From IMG/VR virus record IMGVR_UViG_3300015615_000629, positions 288,001 through 352,000 of that record: a stretch of 64,000 nucleotides of DNA, one strand, 5' to 3'. Position numbers and translations under genes: made by a program. This document shows positions 20,625 through 32,453 of the stretch, piece by piece (the first letter of the stretch is position 1; each line of letters opens with the position of its first letter). The DNA is from a virus (Duplodnaviria > Heunggongvirae > Uroviricota > Caudoviricetes). Under the pieces are notes generated by a model. The model was not told where the DNA came from and did no database searches. It saw nothing but the letters and a program-made list of their open reading frames with translations.

Positions 20625-21032
20625 TTAGTTGAACCTATGTTTTAGGATTCGTTCGTAGGATTCTGTTGCTTTTACAAATTTATTTTTTGCTAAATTCGGA
20701 TTTTCTAGATTCTTATCGGGGTGATAAGCCACTTGCAACTGCCTATATTTGGATTCTAAATCTTCTTTAGAAGAGTTTGGATTTAACCCTAGATTTTGAT
20801 AATCGTTTTCTAAAAGGTTTTGAGGTGCGTCGGCAAGTTCGTTTATCATCCTCTCTAAATCCGCCATTTCTCTGGCGTGGATAGTGTTCAATTTGTGAGT
20901 TATGTAGATAATAACTCCTATGACGGCTGTGGTTGCTGCAGTTATGGTAAAATTAACCCAATCTCCGGTAAATAATGAATTTGTGGCTAAAGCAATTACA
21001 AAAATTAATGCAATAAGGATGACAACAATCAT
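20625..21032 (-). CDS. Membrane-anchored DnaJ (J-domain) protein
   Basis: Two TM helices; Y..LGL...YR.L...YHPDKN. Confidence 0.85.
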   Translation of the reverse strand: MIVVILIALIFVIALATNSLFTGDWVNFTITAATTAVIGVIIYITHKLNTIHAREMADLERMINELADAPQNLLENDYQNLGLNPNSSKEDLESKYRQLQVAYHPDKNLENPNLAKNKFVKATESYERILKHRFN

Positions 21033-21523
21033 TCTTTGACTTCTTTTAAATCATCTGAAATACAGACTAAGCAACGTATAAAAGCCTCAATAGGCATGGT
21101 CTGTTTAGTTGCGGGTGATATCCACACATCGCATCCGCATTTTCCACAACGTCCAACAGAGGCGTTAGGTACGGCACTTGGGCCGAACTTGCACGGCATA
21201 CAAACGCAAATTAACTCCCCTTTTGCTGCATTGTCGTCGATTTCTTTTTGATCGACAACTTGGATTCCGATAGATTCTAGGTTCGTAATGCCTTTAGCGG
21301 CAAGTTCAGCGGCTTGTAGTTGGCTTATTCCGATTGGTTCGTTGGGGTCGATTTTGTCCATTTAAAGTAATCCTCTCCAATGATGAAATCTAAGAAAAAT
21401 GAACAAATCCCAATAGAAATAGAGGCCAACATAAACCTAAAGTTAAAAAGAAAAGCCCCGGCGAATAGTAATATAACCATTACTACCACCAGGGCTTCGC
21501 TAAACAACGATAAGGATTTAACC

Positions 21524-22306
21524 CTATTTCTTCCAGACTTTAATATCTGCAAGTTTCCGACCTTCAAAAACATTGTTGGAACCTTCTGGAAGATTCGCAC
21601 AATTCAACGATACGGTTTCTTCTACCGGAACATCTGCCTGATCAGCAAGGTTTGCTACCTTTTCTGTATCCATTGAATACAGATTAGCCGTATTCAAAAC
21701 GCCTCTGCTGCGGGCACCGTAAAACGCTTTCTTGGAGTAGGCTGCCTTGCCCAAATCCGTAGCTGCTGCCATCGGTGTAGCGTTATTATAGCACGCTACA
21801 TTACCAAATCCAAGTCCCACGGATTTTACAAATTCGTAAATTTGCCCTTGGTCGCAACCAAGGAAAGAAATCGTCCACCTTCCGGTCGCTTCGCATTTCG
21901 CAATCAGGTTTTTGACGTCTTCGGGCTTGTAATTGCACTGATGGATCGGAACCGTATTTTCACCATCAGTAATAATAACAACCAGATAGGCACATTCCTT
22001 ATCACCCTCGGTAAGGGCTTCCAGGTTTTGGATGGAATAGCCAACGGCATCAAACAGGGCTGTAGAGCCAACAGGTTGATAATCGTTCAAGGTGGCACGT
22101 TTAATCTCGCTCACAGGGACAAGCCACTTGTGTTCGAAAACTTGTCCGTTAAACGTGACCAAAGAAGCATCAATTTCTTGTTCTTCGGCATTTAAACGAG
22201 CTTGGTCAACTTCTTCGTTGAAGAAATTAACTGCAACCTCTCTTCGACTCTCCATCGAGGATGAAGAATCTAAAACAATCAGCAAATGAGTACGTGGTTT
22301 CGACAT
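21524..22306 (-). CDS. vWA domain protein
   Basis: DSSSSM MIDAS; GSTALFDA; VIITDGEN. Confidence 0.85.
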   Translation of the reverse strand: MSKPRTHLLIVLDSSSSMESRREVAVNFFNEEVDQARLNAEEQEIDASLVTFNGQVFEHKWLVPVSEIKRATLNDYQPVGSTALFDAVGYSIQNLEALTEGDKECAYLVVIITDGENTVPIHQCNYKPEDVKNLIAKCEATGRWTISFLGCDQGQIYEFVKSVGLGFGNVACYNNATPMAAATDLGKAAYSKKAFYGARSRGVLNTANLYSMDTEKVANLADQADVPVEETVSLNCANLPEGSNNVFEGRKLADIKVWKK

Positions 22307-22340
22307 TGAGTTTTTCCTTTTCTTTGAAATTTGAAAAATA

Positions 22341-22367
22341 CAGGAGGGAGTAATGTCCTCCCTCCTG
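22341..22367 (-). terminator. Hairpin, likely terminator
   Basis: CAGGAGGGAG-7nt-CTCCCTCCTG then TATTTTT on the minus strand. Confidence 0.55.
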
Positions 22368-22378
22368 ATAATTGGTTT

Positions 22379-23416
22379 TTACTTATCCTTGGGCGACCAC
22401 AACGAGTAGGTCATGTTCCCAAACGGACGGTACTTCATATCATTGGTAGTCCATGTCCAAGACGGTTGATCCACGACTAGGGGAACCACTTTTCGTGGAC
22501 GAAACTCTACCTTCTTCTTATCGGAAAAAGGGCCGCCGAAGACTCCCTCCTTAACGAGTCTCAACGGCATGATAAGATTAGGGAGTTTGTTTAACTTAAC
22601 CAATTCGTCAAACCGGACAGCGGCTTGCTTGTAACGAACCCTCAATTTCTTAAGGGCATCGTTGTCCATGCACAAATCAATCAGATTATGAGCACGGTCA
22701 AGCCCGCCATTTTCAGTAACATTAAGTTCGTGGCTCTCCAAAGCCAATCGAACCAATTGACGAATCTTTAAATCAATTCCAGCCCAAGATCGGCCAGTTT
22801 GATCGCAAGTGCCATCCGGTCGTAAAGGACGCCCAGGATAAAGCGGATTTTCATCAGCAAAGGCATCCGGAAGGTCGGTAATTTTATAAACCGCCCTAAC
22901 GTCACCATCTACGGTAACGGTATCTCTCCCAGGATATCCTTTTTGGATTTCCTTCAAGATTTCAACCGTCTTGTCGATGTTTACAGAACCATCATCCTGA
23001 TAAACAACAAATTTAAAACCTTTGGAAATCTCCGTAAGTCGTTTCACAACCGGAGAATCCAAATTTTCCAAATTAGCCGCAAATGCTGCTACCAATTCGG
23101 CAACAGTCATTTTATCGGCTTTTTTGGTCGAGACATAAACCTTTGCAGGAGTAGTCTCTTCGTTTTCGTTACGCAAGAGATGCGTAACCTGCTTCGCCAG
23201 CAGAATCGGCTTTACTTTCAGAGTGTTAGGAAAACACTCAAGAATGTCTTCGTAGCGGAGCCTTTTGAGGCTTTCAAGATTCCCGCCCAAAGACTTAATG
23301 TTGTTCAGGACTTCGTTGGCGTCGAAGGTATTTACATTCCCTTCGCCTAACACCCGAACATGTTCTTGCAGGGCTGTAGAAACAGCACCATACCTGTCGT
23401 CTAGCGACATTACCAT
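22379..23416 (-). CDS. Hypothetical protein (345 aa) with its own promoter and SD
   Basis: Long ORF; AAGGAG upstream; promoter at 23488-23515. Confidence 0.6.
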   Translation of the reverse strand: MVMSLDDRYGAVSTALQEHVRVLGEGNVNTFDANEVLNNIKSLGGNLESLKRLRYEDILECFPNTLKVKPILLAKQVTHLLRNENEETTPAKVYVSTKKADKMTVAELVAAFAANLENLDSPVVKRLTEISKGFKFVVYQDDGSVNIDKTVEILKEIQKGYPGRDTVTVDGDVRAVYKITDLPDAFADENPLYPGRPLRPDGTCDQTGRSWAGIDLKIRQLVRLALESHELNVTENGGLDRAHNLIDLCMDNDALKKLRVRYKQAAVRFDELVKLNKLPNLIMPLRLVKEGVFGGPFSDKKKVEFRPRKVVPLVVDQPSWTWTTNDMKYRPFGNMTYSLWSPKDK

Positions 23417-23487
23417 AGCAATCTCCTTTTTTTACGGTAGCTCGTTCGCTACCAAACTCGTCGCAGCACTATTGCTGCCACAATCGG

Positions 23488-23515
23488 ATTCTAGCATAGT
23501 AGAGTAGTTTGTCAA
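23488..23515 (-). promoter_or_regulatory. sigma70-type early promoter
   Basis: TTGACA-N16-TAGAAT with TGC. Confidence 0.65.
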
Positions 23516-24150
23516 CCAACTTTTTGGAAATTTTTTCTGATGCCCTTTAACTCCATTTCACCAGCCAAAGACATTATCAAGAGAAGAATTGGGGTTGTAA
23601 AATATCCGTAATAAATTGCCAGCGGAGTTAATGACAAAAATAATAATTGACCCAACCTTACCGCATATTTTGTAGACCTCTCCAGGTCGTTAAATACCAT
23701 ATATAGTAGCGAACGATAAATTCGACCACCATCCATAGGAAAACAAGGCAGTAAATTGAATATAAACAAAGCGATATTTATACCGCCAATTTGGAGTAAT
23801 ATTTTCCAATCAGTTAATGCCCACAAAGGTAAAAACAGGGTTGCCAATGCAACGTTCACCAATGGGCCAGCGATAGCAATAAAGAATTCTTTTTGCCCTG
23901 TGTAATTGTTTGAAATATCGACTTGGGCAATACCTCCAATGGGATATAATGTTACATCCCCTGTTTTTGCACCATATTTTTGGCCTGCATAAATGTGCCC
24001 AAACTCATGCAAAAGGACACTCGCTAAAGCAATGGTATAGATTAACCCTAAGTCAACAGATATAGTGTATAAAAGAGCAACATAAAATACTGTTGTCCAA
24101 TGAATAGTAACTTTAGTATTAAACAATCCTTCAAATGTAAATGTAAACAT
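23512..24150 (-). CDS. Site-2 protease (peptidase M50)
   Basis: HEFGH; IAIAGPLVN; FNLLPCFPMDGGR. Confidence 0.9.
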   Translation of the reverse strand: MFTFTFEGLFNTKVTIHWTTVFYVALLYTISVDLGLIYTIALASVLLHEFGHIYAGQKYGAKTGDVTLYPIGGIAQVDISNNYTGQKEFFIAIAGPLVNVALATLFLPLWALTDWKILLQIGGINIALFIFNLLPCFPMDGGRIYRSLLYMVFNDLERSTKYAVRLGQLLFLSLTPLAIYYGYFTTPILLLIMSLAGEMELKGIRKNFQKVG

Positions 24151-24587
24151 TACCTTACCTTTTTGACTACGGCGGCGACATCGGCACTATTTACCATAGC
24201 GTCTGACGCTTTCAGTAATTTCATTGCCATTCCGATGGCTTTTCCCTCGGAATCCAGACTTTTCAATTCATTTTCATGTGGTTTTAGGAAATCAAGTATA
24301 TCCTCTTGGCTCAAATATGTTGGAAGCAAATTTTGCAAAATTCGGTTTTCTTCAACCAACTTGTCAGAATGACTTTTTGAAAGTAGGGCTTCGTTTGACT
24401 CAATGGTCTTTGTTATAATTTTGTAGACTTGTTCGTCTGTAACAGCCTTTTTAGTTCGGGTTTCAAGCAATTGAGTCTCGCCCAAAACATATCGCAAAAT
24501 AGTCTTTTCTTGTTCATTTTTCTGAATAAGTGCTGTCTTGATTAGGGACTTAAGTTTTTCAATCATCATTTTGAGATTCCTTTGCAA
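24150..24587 (-). CDS. GatB/YqeY domain protein
   Basis: Helical pattern LK..IKTAL..KN.....LR; E..IL..LLP..LS; G.AMK. Confidence 0.7.
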   Translation of the reverse strand: MQRNLKMMIEKLKSLIKTALIQKNEQEKTILRYVLGETQLLETRTKKAVTDEQVYKIITKTIESNEALLSKSHSDKLVEENRILQNLLPTYLSQEDILDFLKPHENELKSLDSEGKAIGMAMKLLKASDAMVNSADVAAVVKKVR

Positions 24588-25116
24588 AGATTTTTGCGAA
24601 CAATATATGGGTTTTGTATTCGTCTATAAGATATTCATGGTCATCCCTGCCGACACCAGTTATAGTTTCTTGGATTGTGATTTGTTTATCTCTGTTATTA
24701 CGCCACTCCGGTATTTTACGGCAGACTGTTTTCGTAAGGTCGAAATCATCGAGATATTCGTATCTTTTTGCAACTTCTTCTAGTTTCTTCATTTGATATC
24801 TTGATAAATCACTGACGCCTGGGTCGTTTATTAAACGAATCATATATCTGGTTTTCTGAATAAATTCAGACCAATCGGCAATGGCTAAATCATAACCGTT
24901 AATGATATCAAGAACGTCTTTATTAATCGGGCCACGATGGGTGCCTACACAAATCCCGCCACAAACTGGAAGTCCAGATTCTTTAATAGATTCTCTATCC
25001 GCGATATAAAGCAGCTGACAGGCTCTTATTTCGGGTAAGGTTCTTGTTTCTTCACGCCGTAACAAAACAGATAACGCTTGCAGGGCTTGTCTACTATTAA
25101 TTGGTAAGTATTTCAA
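24559..25116 (-). CDS. Panacea (DUF4065/SocA-like) antitoxin-domain protein
   Basis: LLYIADRES....G.PV.G; GP; LS..Q...L.EV..RY; PEW. Confidence 0.7.
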   Translation of the reverse strand: MKYLPINSRQALQALSVLLRREETRTLPEIRACQLLYIADRESIKESGLPVCGGICVGTHRGPINKDVLDIINGYDLAIADWSEFIQKTRYMIRLINDPGVSDLSRYQMKKLEEVAKRYEYLDDFDLTKTVCRKIPEWRNNRDKQITIQETITGVGRDDHEYLIDEYKTHILFAKIFAKESQNDD

Positions 25117-25410
25117 GATAGCCGATTCCTTTGCAAATATCGCATCCTATAGATTTACAGTGGTCGCAGACTTTATAAATTTTGTCGTCGGGATTGTCAT
25201 AGAGGCTTTCAGGTGCCCTTTTCTTTACCAGATAAAGGTTGCCTGTTTTCCACGGCTCAAAGAACAATTCCACGTCTTCATAAAGAAAGATTGGAGACGA
25301 TTTGTACTTTCTAGTACCTATCGCCTTATCATCTGGTTCCCCTAATGTAGAGATTACCTCTTCCCTTGTCAAGGAAGGGCAATCAAGTATCCACTCTTTT
25401 AAAATTTGGT

Positions 25411-25860
25411 TCATGGTAGAGTAACGTTCATAGGAACGGCAATCCCATTAGAGACTGGAATTTCTTCCATAATTTCCAGCCTTTTATTTCTGAATATATC
25501 TTGGATTACGGCTGCGTGTCCACTGCTTATAACATAAGATGGACTTATATCGAAACTGGAAAACCAAAAATCATCTACAATGTGATGAAAACCAACTCTT
25601 CGACTACAAATACAGTAATCTCTTCCTATATGTGGCAGCCCAGAATGAAAAACTTGTATTTCTTTGCCTTGCGGTTTGTTTTTCAATAAACCGAAGTAAA
25701 CCACTCCAAATTCATTGCCCCAAAACATGCTCCACGGAACTTCAATAGAAACCTTTTTGATAAGGTTGTAGCTACCAAAAGAACTAGAACCTATAACTGT
25801 TAAGGTTCTAGTTCTTGGCGGACAAACCAGATAATCTTCCACAATATAAGGAAAATTCAT
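25411..25860 (-). CDS. Prok-E2_D-like paralog 12
   Basis: PPRTRTL; IEVPW; HSGLPHIGRDYCIC; FWFSSF. Confidence 0.55.
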   Translation of the reverse strand: MNFPYIVEDYLVCPPRTRTLTVIGSSSFGSYNLIKKVSIEVPWSMFWGNEFGVVYFGLLKNKPQGKEIQVFHSGLPHIGRDYCICSRRVGFHHIVDDFWFSSFDISPSYVISSGHAAVIQDIFRNKRLEIMEEIPVSNGIAVPMNVTLP

Positions 25861-26160
25861 TTTAATCCTTTAAGGTGCCATTTTAGAAATTTGAAAATAA
25901 TTAAATTACAAAATGTTCTGGTAAACGAAGGACTAGTATCAACCGCTTCCGCGATTTGGTCAGCCCAAAATCGGCTTAATCCCATATCGGTTGCCGCTTG
26001 TCTGTATTGCATCCCAATATATTTTTTCTTATTTTTTAGGTAACACAACCCATTAATAGGACAAAAATGTTCTCCATCAATCACCATTCGCAGATAAGTA
26101 ACCGATCCATAATGGATGGTTTCCCACTGGACGTTTAGACGTTTAATTTCTCTAAGAAAT

Positions 26161-26817
26161 TTAAATATCGTCATTTTTTTGTTCTTCTAGATTTTCGGCT
26201 AATTCTTTCTTTAGTTCATCTATAATTTCCGCTTTTCTTTTCAGATCTTCCAGCCAAGAAAGCGTTTTAATTTTGCTCATCCACAAGCCGTGTTGTGGGT
26301 TTTTCTTGGGAAGTACACCTTTAGCGACTAGACCTTCTTTAAGGTCGTATTCACCATTTCTAACATCTTGAATAAGTTTTTTGTTAAAATTGCCTTCGTA
26401 GACTACTTTCGGTATCTTTAGGTGTCCAAATTTCTTTATAAAGTCTCTAGGCAGAATGAAGCCTTTTTTCATCAAATTTATATCTAATAGAACAACTTCA
26501 TGTTCTTCTTCAAAGTTATGCCAACCAGCAATACTAGAAGGCCCGAAGAACTCACAATAGGCAATAAAGTTATCGATTCGATATTCTGATTTGACTATCT
26601 TCGGAAGTGCGTCACCATAAGTTTCTAGAAATAATGGTATAGCTTTGCTGAATTCAGGGTCGTTTTTGTCAAAAAGTCGGTGTCTTGTTCCAAACTTATC
26701 CCAGCCACGCTTTTTAGAGTATTCAAAGCGTAGATTGCTCCCGTCATATTTGTAGAAACATATGCAGGGACTTCTAGGGGCTTTATTCGGCCCTGGGATT
26801 GACAGATAGGCTTTCAT
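26161..26817 (-). CDS. RNA ligase-like nucleotidyltransferase (Rnl2-like)
   Basis: Motif I KYDGSN; III CEFFG; IIIa LLDI; IV EGLVAK; V KIK. Confidence 0.7.
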   Translation of the reverse strand: MKAYLSIPGPNKAPRSPCICFYKYDGSNLRFEYSKKRGWDKFGTRHRLFDKNDPEFSKAIPLFLETYGDALPKIVKSEYRIDNFIAYCEFFGPSSIAGWHNFEEEHEVVLLDINLMKKGFILPRDFIKKFGHLKIPKVVYEGNFNKKLIQDVRNGEYDLKEGLVAKGVLPKKNPQHGLWMSKIKTLSWLEDLKRKAEIIDELKKELAENLEEQKNDDI

Positions 26818-27231
26818 AGCAACTCACGTATCTTCTTCATTCTTTCAAGTAATGCTCTGTTTTCTTTTTGTAAACGATAATATTCGTTTTGAATTGCATC
26901 TACTCTTTCAGGACGGATTCTTACATACGTAAAACCTTGGGAATCAACCGGCCACGTGTGGCCAGTTCTCTCATAGCAAATTTCAAACCCTTCTGGCAAG
27001 GCGTCGAAAAGTGCTTCTTGATCGGCGAGCCATTCGGTATGGTGTTCCGAATCTCCCTTCGGATCAGAGGCATAAACCCCGGAATAGGGCAACTTAACCC
27101 GCATCATGAATTCTGGGGATGGTTTAGCCATTTAATGGAATCCTTGCTTCAACAAATCCAGGGGTTCCACGCAATTTTCCCAGCATTTGGAAGTCCTCAA
27201 ATAATGGAAAAAGAGCCGTATATACTGTAGC

Positions 27232-27876
27232 ATGAATTCTCTATTTTGTAAAATCGCTTTTTTAGTGGCTATGGTTTTGGTGGTTTTAGCAATCGCTGAA
27301 CCATTAATTACAGACAGATTCACAGAAACCGAAATAGAAGAAAAACCGGTTGAACAACCAACTGAAGAAAAAATTTGTGGGCCTGTAGAAGTGCCAGTTT
27401 CATTCCCTGATACAACTCGTCCAGCGATAGAATATTTGCTGCCAGGACAGATAATAACTGTTCCCTGCAATATCATTATTCAAAGCAGATTTATGCATGG
27501 TTATTGGTTAGACGAAAAAAGAGAATATATTTTCAACATTTATATGAATTCGATATCCGACCCAAGATTAGTTAAAAAAGACACTAAACTTATAATAAAA
27601 AGTATAGTTCCGGATGGAGCCAATATAAGCGGAACTATTTTTGGTTGCGGTAAAAATACACTTATGCTAGAAGTGGTGTCTTCCGAATCTAGACAAAAAA
27701 TGTATGTGTCTGTTATTGTTGGAAAAATTGGATTAATACAAAAAAGCGACTATTCTGAATCTTATTTTTATAGATTACATATTTCCGACACTAGAGAAGC
27801 GACAATAAATGATATTTTAGCATATTCAAAAATACTTCATATTCCTGGCCAAGATAACATAGAAGAGATCAAATAG
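27232..27876 (+). CDS. Exported/membrane-anchored protein, paralog of 46558-47169
   Basis: N-terminal TM; G..IT.P..I.I....HGY.L......F.I.M; R.VKK.TKL shared. Confidence 0.65.
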   Translation: MNSLFCKIAFLVAMVLVVLAIAEPLITDRFTETEIEEKPVEQPTEEKICGPVEVPVSFPDTTRPAIEYLLPGQIITVPCNIIIQSRFMHGYWLDEKREYIFNIYMNSISDPRLVKKDTKLIIKSIVPDGANISGTIFGCGKNTLMLEVVSSESRQKMYVSVIVGKIGLIQKSDYSESYFYRLHISDTREATINDILAYSKILHIPGQDNIEEIK

Positions 27877-28063
27877 TTACTCATCTTCCATTTTCCAACC
27901 TTCTGGTTTCCACCAGTCGGAAGGATCGGGAGAATCTTTTGTTGGCGGTTTGAATTTTAAAATAGCACTAGTCAAAGAATCAGAGAACATCATAAGTGCT
28001 GTTATGGTCAATAAGATACCACATCCCATTCCTAATATAAACCAAACCAGTTCTAATAACATA

Positions 28064-28648
28064 TTAACTCCAAATAGATTCCTTCGGCTTTCTATCCCGA
28101 ACTGCCTTTAGTAGTTCGAAAACCTTATCTTTATTAGTTCCATCGTATTTAATCACGTTTTTATGAGAAAATTCGAGATTATTTGGGTGAGTTGGCATAA
28201 TCCCTAGTCCTCTGGGACGGTTTTTAAGCCAACTGGACATGTATTTGGGCCAATCATCAACTAAAACCCGTCCATAAGTAAGGGATTTATCATCCTCTGT
28301 CACAGTAACTTTAATGCCGCTTCCTAAGTGCCTACGGCACCACCGTATCTTTTGCTCCCATGCTGAATGGGTGTTTTCCGGCCCTTTTGTCAGGATATGT
28401 ATCTCATATTCAAGTTCTTGAAGCATTTTAAAAACATCAAAGCCTGATTGAATTGGTTCTAGATCAAACCACCAATCCTTGCTATTTTTAATCAACCGCA
28501 TCCTGTTTCTCAATGGTTTTGATAAACCATTGAGGCTTGTTACAATTGGTTCTTCGGGAGAACGTAATTGTTCCAACCATCGAAGCATAGAACCTTCGTA
28601 ATCAGCCAAGGTGCCGTCCATGTCTACTAATGCTACTATTCTGGCCAT
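28064..28648 (-). CDS. 5'(3')-deoxyribonucleotidase (NT5C/HAD family)
   Basis: LVDMDGTLAD; ILT; K..W; DK; LVDD. Confidence 0.85.
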   Translation of the reverse strand: MARIVALVDMDGTLADYEGSMLRWLEQLRSPEEPIVTSLNGLSKPLRNRMRLIKNSKDWWFDLEPIQSGFDVFKMLQELEYEIHILTKGPENTHSAWEQKIRWCRRHLGSGIKVTVTEDDKSLTYGRVLVDDWPKYMSSWLKNRPRGLGIMPTHPNNLEFSHKNVIKYDGTNKDKVFELLKAVRDRKPKESIWS

Positions 28649-29118
28649 GTTGGTTCGTCTACTTCTTTGTAATGACGGAGGGAGATTCTACTTAACTGTT
28701 CACGTTTTGCAGCCTCGATAGAGGCACTTCGACGTAAATAAGTAAAAGAAGTCTGCCAAAAAAGGTTTATCGTATTTAGCACTAATTTTGAAGCCGAAGG
28801 TTGTTCTTTAATCGCCGTTCCCAGACAGATGGGCTGATATTTGACATGAGAAATATTTTTGGGAAGATAACAAACGCCATCTTTGACAACGGACAACCAT
28901 ATTCCACTAAAAATGAAAACACGACTTACATGATTTTGAATAAACCCTATTTCAAATATCAAATCTGGAAAATTAACAAATCTGGGACGATGGGTCTCTT
29001 GGTCTTGGGCAAATCCTCGAATCATAATTGTCCTGTTGTGAGCCGGAACTAAAACTTGAGCATAGTTGGCTTTATATTGGATATGGGCGGCGTCGAATTC
29101 GAAGTATTTTATCTGCAT
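28636..29118 (-). CDS. Prok-E2_D-like paralog 13 (likely start MQIKYF)
   Basis: PAHNRTIM; FVNFPDLIF; PICLG; FWQTSF. Confidence 0.55.
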   Translation of the reverse strand: MQIKYFEFDAAHIQYKANYAQVLVPAHNRTIMIRGFAQDQETHRPRFVNFPDLIFEIGFIQNHVSRVFIFSGIWLSVVKDGVCYLPKNISHVKYQPICLGTAIKEQPSASKLVLNTINLFWQTSFTYLRRSASIEAAKREQLSRISLRHYKEVDEPTWPE

Positions 29119-30063
29119 TCTTGAGCCTCTGTAACAACTATAGCGATCAAATCTCGCCAAAATCTACCAGGATTCTTTTTAACGTGGAAAACGATATCGA
29201 ACTTTTCATCTGTTAAACGATTTGTTTCGATTTTATCGAAATAGTCGCCAAATCTATAGTGCTCTTCAGTTTGATGTTCTACGCCGTTAGGAAATCGTCT
29301 TATTACGTTCGTATAGACACGGTCTAGGCCGATTTGTTTAGCAGTTTCTCGTTCTACTTCTAAAGACTTTTCTTTAGTATCGGACTGAATTAAAAACGAT
29401 TTTATCATAATAGTTTACCAATAATTCTTCCAAATAATCCCCCGAACACAATGCCGCTAGAGATAGTTAAGACAACACGCCAAACGGGCAAACCACTCTT
29501 GTAGGAAAAATTTGATACGATTAAATAAACGAATGCGATAAAAACGAAAATTGTAAGAAATACCATTTCTTTTCTTTCTCGTGTAGAGTCCTGTTACCCC
29601 TTCTGGTGTTATCTCACCTACGATTTGGTCTCGCTCCCCAATCGTGCAGCAGGAGTTTTCAAATAAAGCGTATGTATATGGGTCTTTAATGGGCTTGCTA
29701 AGGTCTATCTGACCTTTGGCATTCTTTTCCCATTTGCGACCATGCCTTACTATACCATATCTCGTTCTATCGTAAAACCTGCCGTATTTGCGGCCATACA
29801 CCCTAACAATTTGTCCGCATCTGTATTCTTTGCCTTTTCTGTCGTTCATTCAAACATCTCGTCGTTCCATTTTCGGTTTATTTCAACGGCTTTAAAACGA
29901 TAATAATCTCCATGAAACTCCCATTTGTTTTCAGATATCTTTTCGAAGGTAGGGACTTCATTCTGAATAAATTCTTCGGCTAATTGTTGTGTGGAAAATG
30001 CCCCAACAATATATTCTTTAAGGTCTTTTCCGCCAAACATTACGAAAAAGAGTTGCATTTAAG

Positions 30064-30133
30064 TAGCCCGTAAAAGAGTCGAACTTTTCAACCATGTTTA
30101 GGAAACGCGGTGCCATATTCCCCTGGACGGGCC
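30064..30133 (-). tRNA. tRNA-Arg(CCT), compact atypical D-arm
   Basis: Loop TTCCTAA; AAAAG-TTCGACT-CTTTT T-arm; same architecture as 51309-51377. Confidence 0.7.
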
Positions 30134-32453
30134 ATGTATTATACTCAATACTTGGATTACAATAGATACATTTACAAGCAGTGTTTTCCGTACAATCCAC
30201 CCATTGACCTGTATTTATCAAATAGCCGCTCATAATTGCATTATTGTTGGACTCAAGACGACAATTACTATCTTGTAAATGCTTTTCACACAAGCACGAG
30301 GAAGGGATTGATATTCCTTCGCTGCTTGTTTTACAAAATAGTTTGATTGGCAAGTTTTTCTGCCCACTCTGCTGCTTCTTTTGGAGTAGTTGCCGTTTCG
30401 CAACCAATTTCTTTACCATCTTTAAACATTCTAACATAGAATTGGCCTTTTGGGTCGTTTTCTGGAAACCAATCTACGCAAATAGTCTTATTCCCGATAT
30501 TCACCACCACAATATCTTGGTTTAATTCATACGGTTGCATTTCTTCGTATAAATTGCTGGAAATTTCAGCACCCGCTGGCAAGGAAATGGGAATCGGTAA
30601 CAAAAAGTATTCCTTATCGACTTCTATTGCTTGCGTGCCATCCTCAAATGTCAGATCGGCACAACTGGGATTAATAGCATTTTGTTTGACATCTGCTTCG
30701 ACAATTTCGCCACATTTGTAAACCACTTCGGGTAAAACAACGTCTTTGGTTGGATAATCACCTAATTTTAGGCAATAAAATCCTTTATAATGACCGCCTA
30801 ATTTTCGAAATTTAATTTTTTCCATATCGTCTTTCTGCAAGTTCTACACCCATTCGGAAGGCTTGTTCTGGCGTAGGCGGCCCTACCTCATCAATTTTAC
30901 CAAAATAAGGGTGCTCGCAGTCGAACAATCGTTCTACGCGGCTTCTGGTTTCGTTGCTGTAATAACCTGCCCAATATCCCAAATTGGTTTTTTCTATTCC
31001 CTCAGCTTCTTCACGAGTAAGCCCGTGTTCCATCGAATGCCAGACGAGAACTTCAAAATATTGCTTAGCCTCGTCTTCTGAAACAATTTTCATTGCTGGA
31101 CTATATTTGTCGTCCAAAGTAATGTTATGCGGTAACACTTTATTTGTCATTGTGCCAACTCAATCCTTGCCCGTTAAGCGTATTGTATATGTCTTTGGCT
31201 AATATTTCAAATGCGGCTTTCTTGGCTTCTTTTGTTTCTAAGTCCCTGCCCATATTAGTGCAACAATGCGTATGAGACGAACCCTCGTTTTCGTCCTCAA
31301 CAATAACAGTAACGCAGAAATCGTCCCAATCGCGTTCGAATTTAATTGAACCACCATTATTACATATTTCTGCAATTTTAGCCACAATGGCAACGCAATG
31401 TTTTTCAGTCATTTTCATGGGCTCGTCTAAACATGTTCAAATCCAGTAGATGACCGGCTTCCTCTGCTGTAGCCCTGAACATTTTTCTAAAGGTGTTCTT
31501 TCCTAGTATCGTCTCTATTTGCTGAAAGTGCTTAAAGGCTGCTTCGTTGTATTGCTTAACGCATTCTTCCGAAGTAATTTCTTTTGTATCGAATCTATAC
31601 AATAGGCTTTGAAAAACCTTTAACATTTCATCTCTTATGGAGACAATTTCACGAATTTTTTCAAGGTCTACATCTTCTACATCTCCGATTTCAATATTGT
31701 TTTCGTTATACTCAACATCTTCTCGAATTCTCCAAGCAAACATATCGTCTACTTTCATGTCTTTGATTACGGATGGCGAAAAGAAAATAGGAACTTCCAA
31801 AACGGAGCTAAGACATTCAACTCCTTCTTCTTTATAAGCGGTTAATTTACATCCGATCCATTGACCGTTCATTCTGAAAGCCTTAATTTGTTCCAATGTT
31901 CTGTAAAATCGCCTTCAATCCATTCAGACCCTTCAATAAATTGATCTCTGGTTTTGAGCCAGTCGATTGTTTCTGCCTTACCGCGTTCCCAATCGAAGTA
32001 ATATCGTGGCCACAAATCTTGAAAGTCGATATCTAAAGCAAGAGTACCAGCGGCCTCAAGGTGGAAAAGATAGTTTCCACGGTCGCAATATTGCGGACGG
32101 GTAGATGTCCAAACAATGCAATTCTTACCAATGATAAAGTAAGAATCTTTTTTGATCCAGTTTATTCCCATTTGTCCATCAACTCGTTAGCATAAGTTTG
32201 CCCCTTAGTTTGTTTTATAATTTCCTTTGCTTCTCTCCATATCCTGCTTCTATTTCTTAGTTTGTTTTTCACGGGCAACGTTATTGTTAGAAACCCCAAA
32301 AGAACGTCAATTTGCAATCTATTTGGGTCTACGTTCTCTAAAATCGAGTCTACTTCGCTAAACTCGCCGGCCAACATGAGATCGTCGATATGATTGAAAA
32401 CAGCGTCTAGACCTTCGTCGGCATTTTCTATAGCGTAAAGGGATTCTAGCCAA